From Saccharofermentanales bacterium (lineage in GTDB: Bacteria; Bacillota; Clostridia; Saccharofermentanales; DTU023): 64,000 bases of DNA. Of this stretch, positions 17,802 through 27,633 are shown piece by piece; position 1 is the stretch's first letter, and each line of letters begins with the position of its first letter. A program made the position numbers and the translations under genes. The DNA lies in contig JBMNTB010000008.1 of assembly GCA_050945515.1 (NCBI GenBank), forward strand, positions 1,665-65,664, given 5' to 3'. The notes below the pieces were generated by a model. That model saw only the letters and a list, made by a program, of their open reading frames with translations. It did not search any database and was not told the origin of the DNA.

Positions 17802-19687
17802 GTTCTTGTTACCTCCCCGCATTCAATGCGTGAAATAGAGACCATTTCCAAAGGGATGGAAAACCCAAATATAGCTCCTCCACCAGGGTTGTCTTTAGCC
17901 CACATGAAACCGCCGAACTTCCCCCGCACAATCGAGTTGGATATAAACAATCCTAAGCCTGTCCCCTTGGTGCCTTTGCTGGTAATCATCTCGCGGAACA
18001 GCCGATCGCGCACCCGCGCGTCAATCCCACTGCCTGTATCCTTCACATATATGCTGAGATGTGTCTCATCTTCTTCGACCCCGATGTATATTTCTTTCAT
18101 TTCTGAGTCCCTCTCTGCGTAAATAGCGTTCCCCACCAAATTATTGATCACCTGAATCAGATTATTGATATCTCCGGTGAGTATGATACGCTCCTGGGGG
18201 TCGTATTCCAAAATTAGCTTGCAGCCGCTGGTCATCAACTCGTGCCGCATGAGTAGTGCCGTGCGCCTTATGAGCTCATCGAGGGTAAATTCACGCTTCT
18301 CTAAGTTGTCCAGATGGGTGGTCTGATCCTTGATCGCTGTGATAATATCAGACATATATGAACAGGAAGTACTGATCTTGCCCAGCCACTCGTCGATCTC
18401 CTCATATATCTCAAGGTAGTCCTCCAGGACAACCTCCTCATCTCCCAGGGATTCCCGCGCCTCCTGCACCAGCCTACTGGTGGCCGCGGTGCAACCCGCA
18501 ATGCTCATGATCGGCGTCTTCAGGTTATGGGCCAGACCACCCACCATTTGCCCCAAAAAGGCTAGTCGATCCTGTTCCATCATGCGCGTCTGACTCTCAT
18601 GCAACTGTTGCATGCCCTTTTTGACTTGCGAGATGTCCTTGAAGACTACCACAAACCCGGATATCTTGCCATCAATTTCCAAAGGTGTAATATCTACCAT
18701 GTAGTAATATTTTTTGCTCGACTCACCGTCCTTCTCGGGCACTATCATCGCCTGCTCATAGGTGAGCGGAACTTGGCTCTCCGCGCAGGATTGCACTGCT
18801 GAGATCAAAATATAGAGTGCCGACTGCCCGTCATTATCTTTTTCGTCGATGCAGTCTTTCAGGTACTTATTGGTAGTGATCCCGTAGAATTGCCCGAACA
18901 CAGTCCGAAAGCGCTGGTTTTCATTTACCACAAGGCCAGATTCGTTGAGCACCAGATATCCGTCCGAGATCCAGTCCAAAATATGCTGTGTGGCCACTGG
19001 AACAATATCCAGCAGATGAAGTCGGTAAATGGCTATAAACGTGCAGATCAACGTCGCGGTAAAGCTGAGAGGCGTGGCAAAAATAGAGAGGTCTGCAATC
19101 CCGAAAGTAGCCACCATACTGACCACTAGCGGCACCAGCTCCCCCAGCACCAGCATGGTGACCTGCATCCTATAGAGTCGGTTACGGCTCTTGACGCCGA
19201 AGCGAATGAGCAGGATAGTAGCTACAATCAGGCAAATATAGGTATAGGCACCCGAGATGAGCATATACGGTCCAAATACCAGTTCGCTGCGTACCACGGC
19301 AAACACGCGGTAATGCAAGTGATGAAGAGGGTTAGTCCAAACTATGATATTGGTGATAATCGGGATAATGAGTAGCAGAAACCAGCGCCTCGGCATTTGC
19401 ACCTTGCCAGTGATAAATGCGAGGGCGATCAACAGCATGATGACCGGAGTAAAAGCACCACCGATATAGCTCAGGGAATCCAACACAAACAGCGCCTTCA
19501 TGTCCACCGGGTCGACAAAAGCGATGCCAAGCATGGCAAGTAGCCAAACGAGAAAGACCACACAAAGCCAAACGTAAAGCTTCTGAATCAACTGTTGACG
19601 CTTAGTGGAAAACAGATTCCAAATGAGGAATATGGTGCAGATCAAAATGAGCCATAAGATCATAATAATTTCAAAGTTGCTGATCAC
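17798..19687 (-). CDS. Sensor histidine kinase with N-terminal 7TM (HisKA_7TM-like), PAS-like, HisKA and HATPase domains
   Basis: About 7 hydrophobic segments including WTNPLHHL. H-box LAHNLKTP, N-box NLVGNA, DTGSGI and GTGLGL. GTG start after GGAGG. Confidence 0.9.
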   Translation of the reverse strand: MISNFEIIMILWLILICTIFLIWNLFSTKRQQLIQKLYVWLCVVFLVWLLAMLGIAFVDPVDMKALFVLDSLSYIGGAFTPVIMLLIALAFITGKVQMPRRWFLLLIIPIITNIIVWTNPLHHLHYRVFAVVRSELVFGPYMLISGAYTYICLIVATILLIRFGVKSRNRLYRMQVTMLVLGELVPLVVSMVATFGIADLSIFATPLSFTATLICTFIAIYRLHLLDIVPVATQHILDWISDGYLVLNESGLVVNENQRFRTVFGQFYGITTNKYLKDCIDEKDNDGQSALYILISAVQSCAESQVPLTYEQAMIVPEKDGESSKKYYYMVDITPLEIDGKISGFVVVFKDISQVKKGMQQLHESQTRMMEQDRLAFLGQMVGGLAHNLKTPIMSIAGCTAATSRLVQEARESLGDEEVVLEDYLEIYEEIDEWLGKISTSCSYMSDIITAIKDQTTHLDNLEKREFTLDELIRRTALLMRHELMTSGCKLILEYDPQERIILTGDINNLIQVINNLVGNAIYAERDSEMKEIYIGVEEDETHLSIYVKDTGSGIDARVRDRLFREMITSKGTKGTGLGLFISNSIVRGKFGGFMWAKDNPGGGAIFGFSIPLEMVSISRIECGEVTRT

Positions 19688-19734
19688 CTTTCTCCCTCCT
19701 CTACCATCTTTCTCCTTCCTCCGATGTTGTAAGA

Positions 19735-22700
19735 TCAGATAAACGCATCCAGCACCCGGCGCACGTCTGTGTCCGGCCAGTGAAAGCCAGCTGCGGCCAT
19801 ACTGCTTTGAGTAAGTGTCGTGGATACCGTAATGGAGGCTACATCACTCTGAAACTGGTTCCACAGTTCGACAACCGCGTCAACTTCAGGGGATGTGCCA
19901 TCGGCGACCCGCTTGGAGAGCAAGGTGGCAAACTCCGACTCGGACAGAATCTGCAATCCCGTGATTACCTTGGCAAGGGTCTCTCCCATAGGGGCAGGGT
20001 TGGGTTCAATGATATGGCTCACGGTGTGCGGGGTGTGGCGGAGAACTACAATGGCCTCGGCACAGATGTCCACCGGCGTTAATTCCAGCGGCATCATCGC
20101 CATAACATCCGGCAGTGCGCCCAGCACCGAAATACCACGTACCGCGCGATAGAAAGCATTAGACGCCTGGTTCCGCTGGAATACACCGTCCGACGCACGG
20201 CCCACAAGGCGTCCGATCCGGAAAATTCGGGCGCATAGCCCCTGCTCAATCGCTCGACATACCTCCTGTTCGGCCAAAAACTTGCTCCTGGTATAGAAGT
20301 TGTCTGCCCAATTCTGCCCTATGTCTAAATCGTTTTCAGTGAAGATACAGGTACGCTGCGGCATCGCCTGCAGATGGGATCCACTGACACTGATTGTGGA
20401 GATGTGATAGAGAGCAGCGTTTGCCCGGCGGGTAAAGTCGGTCACCTGTTTTGTCCCCTCCAGATTTGTGGCAAGAAGGGCATCGTCGGCCGCATAGTGG
20501 CGTACGTCGGCCGCAGCGTGGAAAACCGCATTCACCTGCGCTTGGAGCGCTGTGTACTGCACAGCCGGGAGACCCAGGTTCGGCTGCGTGATATCCCCTT
20601 CCAGAATCTCTATCCGCGTGCCCTTGCGTTTTGTCCAACCGTTCCCGAAATACCAGGAGAGAGTCTCCCAGAGACGGTCGGGGCGCCCGCCGCGCAAAAG
20701 ACAGATCACCTTTTCAGCCCCATGCTCCAGCAAGCTACGCAACAGATGCGCACCCAGAAATCCGGTCGCGCCGGTCAGCAGAACGGTGGTCAGCGCTGGT
20801 TGGATTTGATTTGCCATCTGCGGCACCTGCGCTGTGACATTCAGCACTTCCATAGGAGGCGCAGACGGCATCTGCGCGGGATCCGCCGCCAATGGCGAAG
20901 AGGATGCATAAGCCGAGAGCATCAGCGCCTGCTTCTGCGCGGTCGGTACACGATAAAAGTCGGCCAGCGTCATGCTGATCCCACGGTTAAAGTATTCGCT
21001 CAAAACACTCAGCGCCGAGAGCGAAGTGCCGCCCTGTTCAAAGAAAGAAACCTCCGCGCTGAGATTTTGATTTTTCAGGATGGTCCTCCAGATCGCCAGC
21101 AATTCCTCGGCGTTCATCACCTGCGCTACGCCCGGTTTGGTACCTGATGTTGCCGTAGGTAGCGGTACCGAAGGCTGGGGCGAAACGTGCCCAGTCTCAC
21201 AATTCGGCTCCGCCTCGAGGACGGGGATGGAACTGTGTTCCAAGGCGGACTTGTCCTCTTCTTCGGACACGGTCTCTGCCACAGAAGTGACCGATGAGCG
21301 ACTCTGATCAAGGATAGGTGTGCTCGGCGGCGCCGCGTTGTCCGGTTCCAAGAACATGTCCCTAATGGCGAGCATGTCCAGCTTTCCGCTGGCATTATAG
21401 GGCAACTGACGCAGAACAAGAATTCGGGACGGGATCATATAAGAAGGCAGACTTCGTTCCAGCTCCTGCTTGAGCGAAGGCGATTGCAGGGTCTCCGGTG
21501 TAACAACGGCATACAGCGTCGTGGAACCGTCCGGGTTGCTTACCGGGACTGCGACCGCCTGTTCAGCGCCCGCATTCAGTAGAGCCTCGGTAATTTCAAC
21601 CAATTCGACGCGATTACCGTTGATTTTGATCTGCCCGTCGGTCCGTCCGAAACACTCGATCCGTCCGTCACTGCGCAGCCGGCCGATGTCGCCGCTGCGG
21701 TACATTTTTTCACCGGGGAAAAAGGGATCGGGCAGGAACACGGCCTGGGTCAGGTCGGGACGGGCAACATACCCGTCGGCGAGACAGCGGCCTGCCACAT
21801 AGAGTTCCCCGCGCACAGTGGGCAAGACCGGACGTAGCTCCTGATCCAGCACATAGATGCGGCAGTTGTCCAGCGGCGTCCCAATGGTCACAGGCTCCCC
21901 CGCTGACAATTCCTCCGCCGTCACATAGACCGCCGTTTCGGTGGGCCCGTACATGTTGATCAGACGTCCGGCACAGGACGCTTTGAACTTGGCCACAAGG
22001 GAGGCGGTAACCATTTCACCCGCCACAATCGTAAAGGACAGCAAGGCGATGGACTGGGCAAAGGCGTTATTACTCAGGCACATTTGCAGACGGCTGGGTG
22101 TAAACTGCGCGATACGGGGCTGATGAGCGCGGATCAGTTCGGCTAGCCGCCACGGCAGGAGCATCTCCTCTTCGTCTGCCAGCACGACAGCAAAGCCCTG
22201 GGCCAGCGCTAACAACGTCTCGGTAATAAAGATGTCAAAGGTGACGTTAGTGATACAAAGGACCGGCCCCTCTTCCCCCTTCATCCAAACACGCATACTC
22301 TCCAGCAGATTGGCCAGCGCACGGTGGGGAATTTGTACCCCCTTCGGTTTCCCGGTCGAGCCCGAGGTAAACAATATATACATCGGGGCTGTCCCCGGCG
22401 GGATATGCGTCTGCGCGATGGGATCCGCCGGCTCACTGGTACGCACAACAGGGCGCACACACGCCTCCTCCGGCAGTTCCGCCGCTGTCTGGTCGTCGCA
22501 GAGAATCACCCTCACATCGGCGGTTTCCAGCATATAGGCTATGCGGGCAGGCGGGTAATCCGATAGGAAAGGAACATAGACCGCACCGGCCTTCAAGATG
22601 CCAAGGAGAGCAGCGAGCAGCGTGGGAGAGCGCCGACAGGCCAGACCCACCCGGTCGCCCGGGCAGACCCCATGCCGCACCAGAAGCCCCGCCAGTAGGC

Positions 22701-25700
22701 AGGCCTGCTCCTCCAGTTCGCCATAGGTGACCACTTGGTCGTGCCAGATCACCGCCGCGGCCTGTGGGTGATCCTGCGCCTCCTCCTCGATGGTGCAGTG
22801 GACAGGCAGGTCGAGATAAGGGACCACGCGGCGATTCGGTTGGTCAAAGAACCGCCGTTGATCCGCAGGCGCCAGGAAACGCAGCTCCTGCACAGTTGCC
22901 GGCGGTCGGTCAGAAACCAGCTGCCGCAGCAGATAGGCAAAGCAACGGCCGAAAAAGGCGATGGTCTCCCGCTCAAACAGACTTGAAGCATATTCTATAA
23001 AGAACTGATAGCACTCGTCCTGCTTGACAGCTTCTACACTTAAATCCATTTTGGCCGTCTTGGTCGAGATGGGCAGGTACTGCAGGTCGATATCATCCAA
23101 CCTGAACCCCGCGGTATCCAACGGGCGTACTTGAAACAGTACCTGATAAAGCGGGTTCTGTGCCGTAGTGCGCGGGAAGTTATGAAGGGACAGGATCTGC
23201 TCCAGCGGATAATCCGCATGGTCGATCATGCCCAGTGTGCCGGCCTTCACCTGTTCAAAATAGGTGTGCAGATCGCCTGCCGGCCGCAAGCGCAGCGGCA
23301 TGGTGCCCATCAGCGGCCCGCAAATATTGCGCAGCTCCGGCCGCGTACGGTAGGAGATCGGCGTGCCGATTACCACATCTTCCTGCCCGGACAGCTTGGC
23401 CAGCAGCAGGCCAAACGTGCCCGCCAGGAACATATAGGCGGTGAGCTCCCGCATCTCACAATAGCGATCGATTGCGCGGCTGACATCCTCCGAGAGGGTC
23501 AACCGCTCGCTGTCACCGCAAAAATCGAATACAGACGGTCGCGGACGGTCCAGCGGCAGCTCCAATGTGCCGGAATAGCCCTCCAGTTCCCGTCTCCAAA
23601 AGTCTTTGTTCTCTTCCTCCTCCGGGGGAGTATGCTCATCGCGGTACCAGGCGTAGTCCAAATAGGACAAATGGGCCGACGGAATCTCTCCCCGATAATA
23701 GGTGCTGAGCCGGTCGAGCAGCAGCGGCGTGCTGACGCCGTCCGCTATTATATGATGTAGATCCACCAGAAGATACCAGCGTTCTTCCTCGTCCTGCCAA
23801 AGCGCAGCACGTATCAGTGGTGCGCGGGACAGATCAAATGGTTGCAAAAATTGTGCGAACGCCTCCCCGCTATCGGACGCAGTGAGCACTGGCAGCTCAA
23901 ACTCCGCCTCTTCGGCTACACAGGCCACAACCTCCCCCTCCTGGGGGACAAAAGCGGTGCGAAACATAACGTCGTCCCGTATCATGGCACGAAACGCATG
24001 GGTAAGCCGCGCCGCATCCGGCCGCTCACTCATGAGAAACGCGCCGGGCATGTGATAGGCAAAACCGCTGGAATCCATGTGGGACTGCACATAAATGCTC
24101 TTTTGCATAGCGGAGAGCGGGTAAGTCGAGCGGGCGGGCGCAGCGGAAATGGTCTCGGTCGTTGTCTCGGCCTGTCCCAGCGAGAGGAATTCCTCCAGAC
24201 GCTGTACCGTTCGGCAAGCATACAGATCGGAGACCAACAGCCGCACGCCGAAGCGCTCCTCGATTAGGCCAAGGGTCTCCATCGCGTTCAGCGAATTACC
24301 TCCGCAGAGGAAGTAGTCACTGTCAACACGCAAATTCGGTTTTTTCAAAACGGTCTGGAACACAGTAAGCAGCCGGGCCTGCCGTTCATTCTCCACCGGC
24401 CGCTGGCCCTCCTCTTGTGACGGTAACGGCAGCAGGTGTTCCTCCACCTTCCCATTTGCCGAAAGGGGGATGGACTCAACTTGTAAAATATTGGTGGGAA
24501 TCATGTAGCGCGGCAGATGGGCGGCGGCATAGGTCAGCAACTCGACCTCGGGGATGTGGTGGTCTGCCACATAGTAACCCACCAGCATATGGCTGTCATC
24601 CCGCTCCCAAACACGAACCACCGCATCGGTGACCTCCGGATGGCCGCGCAAGCAGACCGCGATTTCCTGCGGATCTACCCGCATCCCGCGCAACTTTACC
24701 TGCCGGTCGCACCGGCCGGCCAGCAGCAACTCCCCATCTTCAGTCCAACAGGCAAGATCGCCGGTCTTATAGAGGGTCTCCCCCATTTCAAATGGGCTGG
24801 GGAGGAAACTGGCCTCTGTCAACTCGGGCGCATTGCGGTAGCCGCGCCCAACGCAGATGCCACCCACATACAGTTCTCCATAGACATGTACGGGCAACGG
24901 CTGAAGTTCATTGTCCAAAACATAAAGATGGCAGTTCTCCATCGGGCGGCCGATGGTAATCCGCTCGGCACAGTCAACCCGCGCACAGCTAACCGCCACT
25001 GTCGTCTCCGCCGGGCCGTACTGATTATAGATACGCGCATCGGTGTAGCCTTTCAATCGCTGCAATAGCTCACCGGTCAATACCTCGCCGCCGCAGACGA
25101 TACTCTCCAGTCTGCGCAACGCCTTGGTAAATTCCGCATTCTGCATCAGCGCAGATAGGCGTGACGGCGTCGTTGACAGGAAGCCGACACCATACTCCCA
25201 GATCAGGCGCGCCAAAGCAGTCGGATTTTCCTGCTGCGGCTCATCCGTCAGCAGGACGGTACGCCCGCACAGAAGAGCTACCACACTCTCCAGCAGGAAG
25301 GCGTCAAATCCCACGTTGCATAGCGAGAGTACCGCGCCCCCCTTGCTATAGATAGGGCGCATGGTCATTGCGAGATTGAGCAGGCTCTTCTGCCGAATTT
25401 CCACACCCTTCGGCTGTCCGGTACTGCCAGATGTGTAAACAACATAGGCCAGGTCGTCCGGATGGCCGCGCCGAACGGGCGCCGAATCGTATGGCAGGGA
25501 ATCATAGTCCAGGAACGGAATATCGAGCGCACCCAGAGGTTGAGTGAGCTCCGGGATGGAAAGTAGCCGTGCCGCACCGCTCTGTTGAAGGATGTTCAGG
25601 ATGCGCTGGGTAGGCAGATCAAGCGGTAGGAGCAGCCAGGCACAGTTTGCCTGCATGATGCCCACCATAGCCGCAAACAGGCGGCGGTCGCGGGGCAACA

Positions 25701-27243
25701 AGACGGCAATCACTTCACCTTCCTCCGGGAGGGCGGCGGCGACCCGCTCCCCCTCGTGACTTAGAGTCTCATAGGTAATCCGCATGCCGCCACTGATGAG
25801 GGCGACGCGCCGGGGATTGCATGCGGCCTGCTTTGTAAACATGTCATAGGGACTGTCATTGCCACGCAGCGCTCGGGTGCGGTTGAAAGTGTATAGCACC
25901 CGCTCCCGCTCCTGCACGCTAAGGATAGGCAGCGCGCGAATGGGGGTGTCTGGATTATTGAGCGCCACCGTCAGGATCTGACACAGATGTTGGTGCAGCT
26001 CATCTATCTCCCGCCCGGAGAAAAATTGCGCCAGATAATCGTAATCAACAGAAAAGGCCCGGTTTCCCTCCAAATTGGTCAGGTGGATGCAAAGCTGCTC
26101 GACCTGATACCCACTGTAATGCCAACGTCCAGAAATACTGACCGAGGCATCCTGGCTCTCCAGGACCTGACTGCCCTGATAGGAGAGCATCAGATGAAAC
26201 AAGGGCTCTCCCGATTCCGCCAAGGCCTCGATGTGGGAAAAAGGAAATCTCTGATGGCGCAGCAGATTGATCCACTTCCCCATCAAATGATCGCTAAAGG
26301 AGTTGAAGCTCCATTCGTCGGACATCTTATAAACAAACGGCAAGGTGCTGACAAACATCCCTGTCGTCTGCTTAAATGAATAATTAGTACGATTAAAAAT
26401 CGGCACGCCGATGGTCAGGTGATCCTCCCCGCCCGTGCGTCTGAGGTAAGTGGCCAGTGCCATGTAAAATACGGCAAAGGGCGCGACGCGGTGCTCCATG
26501 CAAAATGAGGTAATCGCATGGTTGAGCTGCTGTGAGAGCTTATAACTGCGGCGCAGACCCACCCGGCTGATCCCCGCACCCCGGACAGACTTGAGCGATG
26601 CAGGCACTCCCGAGGTCTTGAGGATCTCATGCCAATAACGCTCATCCTCCTTGTAGGCGTCAGAGGAGAGATAGCTGCGTTCGGCTTCCACATAATCGCT
26701 ATAGTCTGGCTGCGGGGTTGCATCGGGCTCCTTGCCAGACAGGAGGTCCAGATAGGTCTGGCCAATCCGATTACAGAGCATAATCTGCGACCAGCCGTCG
26801 GAGATCAGATGGTGAGTCTCCACCAACAGACCTGCGGAGTTCTCCCCGATTAGAAAGATCACAAACCGGTAGAGTGGCGCGTCGATCAGCGGCATAGGGA
26901 TCTGTGTAAAACGCTCCGACCAGTTGGAGATGCTCTCCTCATCGGTCATGAAGAAGTCCAGGACGTCAATGGCCGCCTCGGTCTCCTTCGCGTAATATTG
27001 TACCGGCACACCATCACGGAGCTGCAGTCTAGTACGTAACGAGGCGTCCGATTGCAACACTAAATGCAGCGCTTTTTTCAATAGCAAAATATTAACACGG
27101 CCTTTGATCCGTATTGTCGCGCTGATGTTATTGATCGACGTCCCGGGAACCGCCTGTTCCAACGCCCATATATTTAATTGATTCAAAGATAGAGGAAATA
27201 CGTCCCCTTTTTTCATTCCAACATCGGTCACAGGCCCTACCAC
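19735..27243 (-). CDS. Dimodular NRPS C-A-T-C-A-T-R (terminal thioester reductase)
   Basis: C1 HHLISDG; A1 YTSGSTGQPKG and YGPAETT; T1 GGNSL; C2 HHIIADG; A2 FTSGSTGKPKG and YGPTET; T2 GGTSL; R domain TGATGFLG and YTRSK. Exact start is uncertain (27243, 27231 or 27216). Confidence 0.95.
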   Translation of the reverse strand: MVGPVTDVGMKKGDVFPLSLNQLNIWALEQAVPGTSINNISATIRIKGRVNILLLKKALHLVLQSDASLRTRLQLRDGVPVQYYAKETEAAIDVLDFFMTDEESISNWSERFTQIPMPLIDAPLYRFVIFLIGENSAGLLVETHHLISDGWSQIMLCNRIGQTYLDLLSGKEPDATPQPDYSDYVEAERSYLSSDAYKEDERYWHEILKTSGVPASLKSVRGAGISRVGLRRSYKLSQQLNHAITSFCMEHRVAPFAVFYMALATYLRRTGGEDHLTIGVPIFNRTNYSFKQTTGMFVSTLPFVYKMSDEWSFNSFSDHLMGKWINLLRHQRFPFSHIEALAESGEPLFHLMLSYQGSQVLESQDASVSISGRWHYSGYQVEQLCIHLTNLEGNRAFSVDYDYLAQFFSGREIDELHQHLCQILTVALNNPDTPIRALPILSVQERERVLYTFNRTRALRGNDSPYDMFTKQAACNPRRVALISGGMRITYETLSHEGERVAAALPEEGEVIAVLLPRDRRLFAAMVGIMQANCAWLLLPLDLPTQRILNILQQSGAARLLSIPELTQPLGALDIPFLDYDSLPYDSAPVRRGHPDDLAYVVYTSGSTGQPKGVEIRQKSLLNLAMTMRPIYSKGGAVLSLCNVGFDAFLLESVVALLCGRTVLLTDEPQQENPTALARLIWEYGVGFLSTTPSRLSALMQNAEFTKALRRLESIVCGGEVLTGELLQRLKGYTDARIYNQYGPAETTVAVSCARVDCAERITIGRPMENCHLYVLDNELQPLPVHVYGELYVGGICVGRGYRNAPELTEASFLPSPFEMGETLYKTGDLACWTEDGELLLAGRCDRQVKLRGMRVDPQEIAVCLRGHPEVTDAVVRVWERDDSHMLVGYYVADHHIPEVELLTYAAAHLPRYMIPTNILQVESIPLSANGKVEEHLLPLPSQEEGQRPVENERQARLLTVFQTVLKKPNLRVDSDYFLCGGNSLNAMETLGLIEERFGVRLLVSDLYACRTVQRLEEFLSLGQAETTTETISAAPARSTYPLSAMQKSIYVQSHMDSSGFAYHMPGAFLMSERPDAARLTHAFRAMIRDDVMFRTAFVPQEGEVVACVAEEAEFELPVLTASDSGEAFAQFLQPFDLSRAPLIRAALWQDEEERWYLLVDLHHIIADGVSTPLLLDRLSTYYRGEIPSAHLSYLDYAWYRDEHTPPEEEENKDFWRRELEGYSGTLELPLDRPRPSVFDFCGDSERLTLSEDVSRAIDRYCEMRELTAYMFLAGTFGLLLAKLSGQEDVVIGTPISYRTRPELRNICGPLMGTMPLRLRPAGDLHTYFEQVKAGTLGMIDHADYPLEQILSLHNFPRTTAQNPLYQVLFQVRPLDTAGFRLDDIDLQYLPISTKTAKMDLSVEAVKQDECYQFFIEYASSLFERETIAFFGRCFAYLLRQLVSDRPPATVQELRFLAPADQRRFFDQPNRRVVPYLDLPVHCTIEEEAQDHPQAAAVIWHDQVVTYGELEEQACLLAGLLVRHGVCPGDRVGLACRRSPTLLAALLGILKAGAVYVPFLSDYPPARIAYMLETADVRVILCDDQTAAELPEEACVRPVVRTSEPADPIAQTHIPPGTAPMYILFTSGSTGKPKGVQIPHRALANLLESMRVWMKGEEGPVLCITNVTFDIFITETLLALAQGFAVVLADEEEMLLPWRLAELIRAHQPRIAQFTPSRLQMCLSNNAFAQSIALLSFTIVAGEMVTASLVAKFKASCAGRLINMYGPTETAVYVTAEELSAGEPVTIGTPLDNCRIYVLDQELRPVLPTVRGELYVAGRCLADGYVARPDLTQAVFLPDPFFPGEKMYRSGDIGRLRSDGRIECFGRTDGQIKINGNRVELVEITEALLNAGAEQAVAVPVSNPDGSTTLYAVVTPETLQSPSLKQELERSLPSYMIPSRILVLRQLPYNASGKLDMLAIRDMFLEPDNAAPPSTPILDQSRSSVTSVAETVSEEEDKSALEHSSIPVLEAEPNCETGHVSPQPSVPLPTATSGTKPGVAQVMNAEELLAIWRTILKNQNLSAEVSFFEQGGTSLSALSVLSEYFNRGISMTLADFYRVPTAQKQALMLSAYASSSPLAADPAQMPSAPPMEVLNVTAQVPQMANQIQPALTTVLLTGATGFLGAHLLRSLLEHGAEKVICLLRGGRPDRLWETLSWYFGNGWTKRKGTRIEILEGDITQPNLGLPAVQYTALQAQVNAVFHAAADVRHYAADDALLATNLEGTKQVTDFTRRANAALYHISTISVSGSHLQAMPQRTCIFTENDLDIGQNWADNFYTRSKFLAEQEVCRAIEQGLCARIFRIGRLVGRASDGVFQRNQASNAFYRAVRGISVLGALPDVMAMMPLELTPVDICAEAIVVLRHTPHTVSHIIEPNPAPMGETLAKVITGLQILSESEFATLLSKRVADGTSPEVDAVVELWNQFQSDVASITVSTTLTQSSMAAAGFHWPDTDVRRVLDAFI

Positions 27244-27311
27244 CTTAAGAGAATTGCCGTGCGCCAGTATACTTGTACTGGTATGACGTTAGATATGGTT
27301 GCTAATATAGT

Positions 27312-27400
27312 AAACCTCATGACAAAAAGATAGCAAACTTCGTGACAAAAAGATAGCAAAACTCATGATAAAAAGCAAGATGATTGTGATAAACGACAGC
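27312..27400. repeat. Array of about 23-bp direct repeats upstream of the NRPS
   Basis: AAACCTCATGACAAAAAGATAGC (27312-27334), AAACTTCGTGACAAAAAGATAGC (27335-27357), AAAACTCATGATAAAAAGCAAGA (27358-27380), plus a degenerate fourth copy. Confidence 0.85.
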
Positions 27401-27633
27401 ATAAAAGCGACGTTTTGACACGAATGTGCCCGTGTGTACAAATATGAATGGGTAATAGAATTGAATGAAATCGACATTCAAAGAATTTTAAATACCCCCC
27501 AAGCCTTCGGCTTCCATAGAAAATAGTGGTTCGTCCGTTGCAATATCTACATAAATCCCCTTTTCATAAAAATTGTCGTACTCACTTGCTGAAAGGCCTT
27601 TCGGTTCCTGCCTCCCGAGTTATATGACACTGC

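Noticed and set aside
19780-26853. Many 60-257 aa ORFs antisense to or overlapping the NRPS
   Set aside because: Shadow ORFs expected in GC-rich coding DNA; no motifs.
27312-27400. CRISPR array
   Set aside because: The repeats are contiguous with no unique spacers, and there are no cas genes in the window.
27495-27605. Small hairpins (AAGCC-TTCG-GCTT, GAAAGGCCTTTC) as IS ends or att sites at the NRPS island border
   Set aside because: Too short, with no matching partner at the other border and no transposase or integrase.
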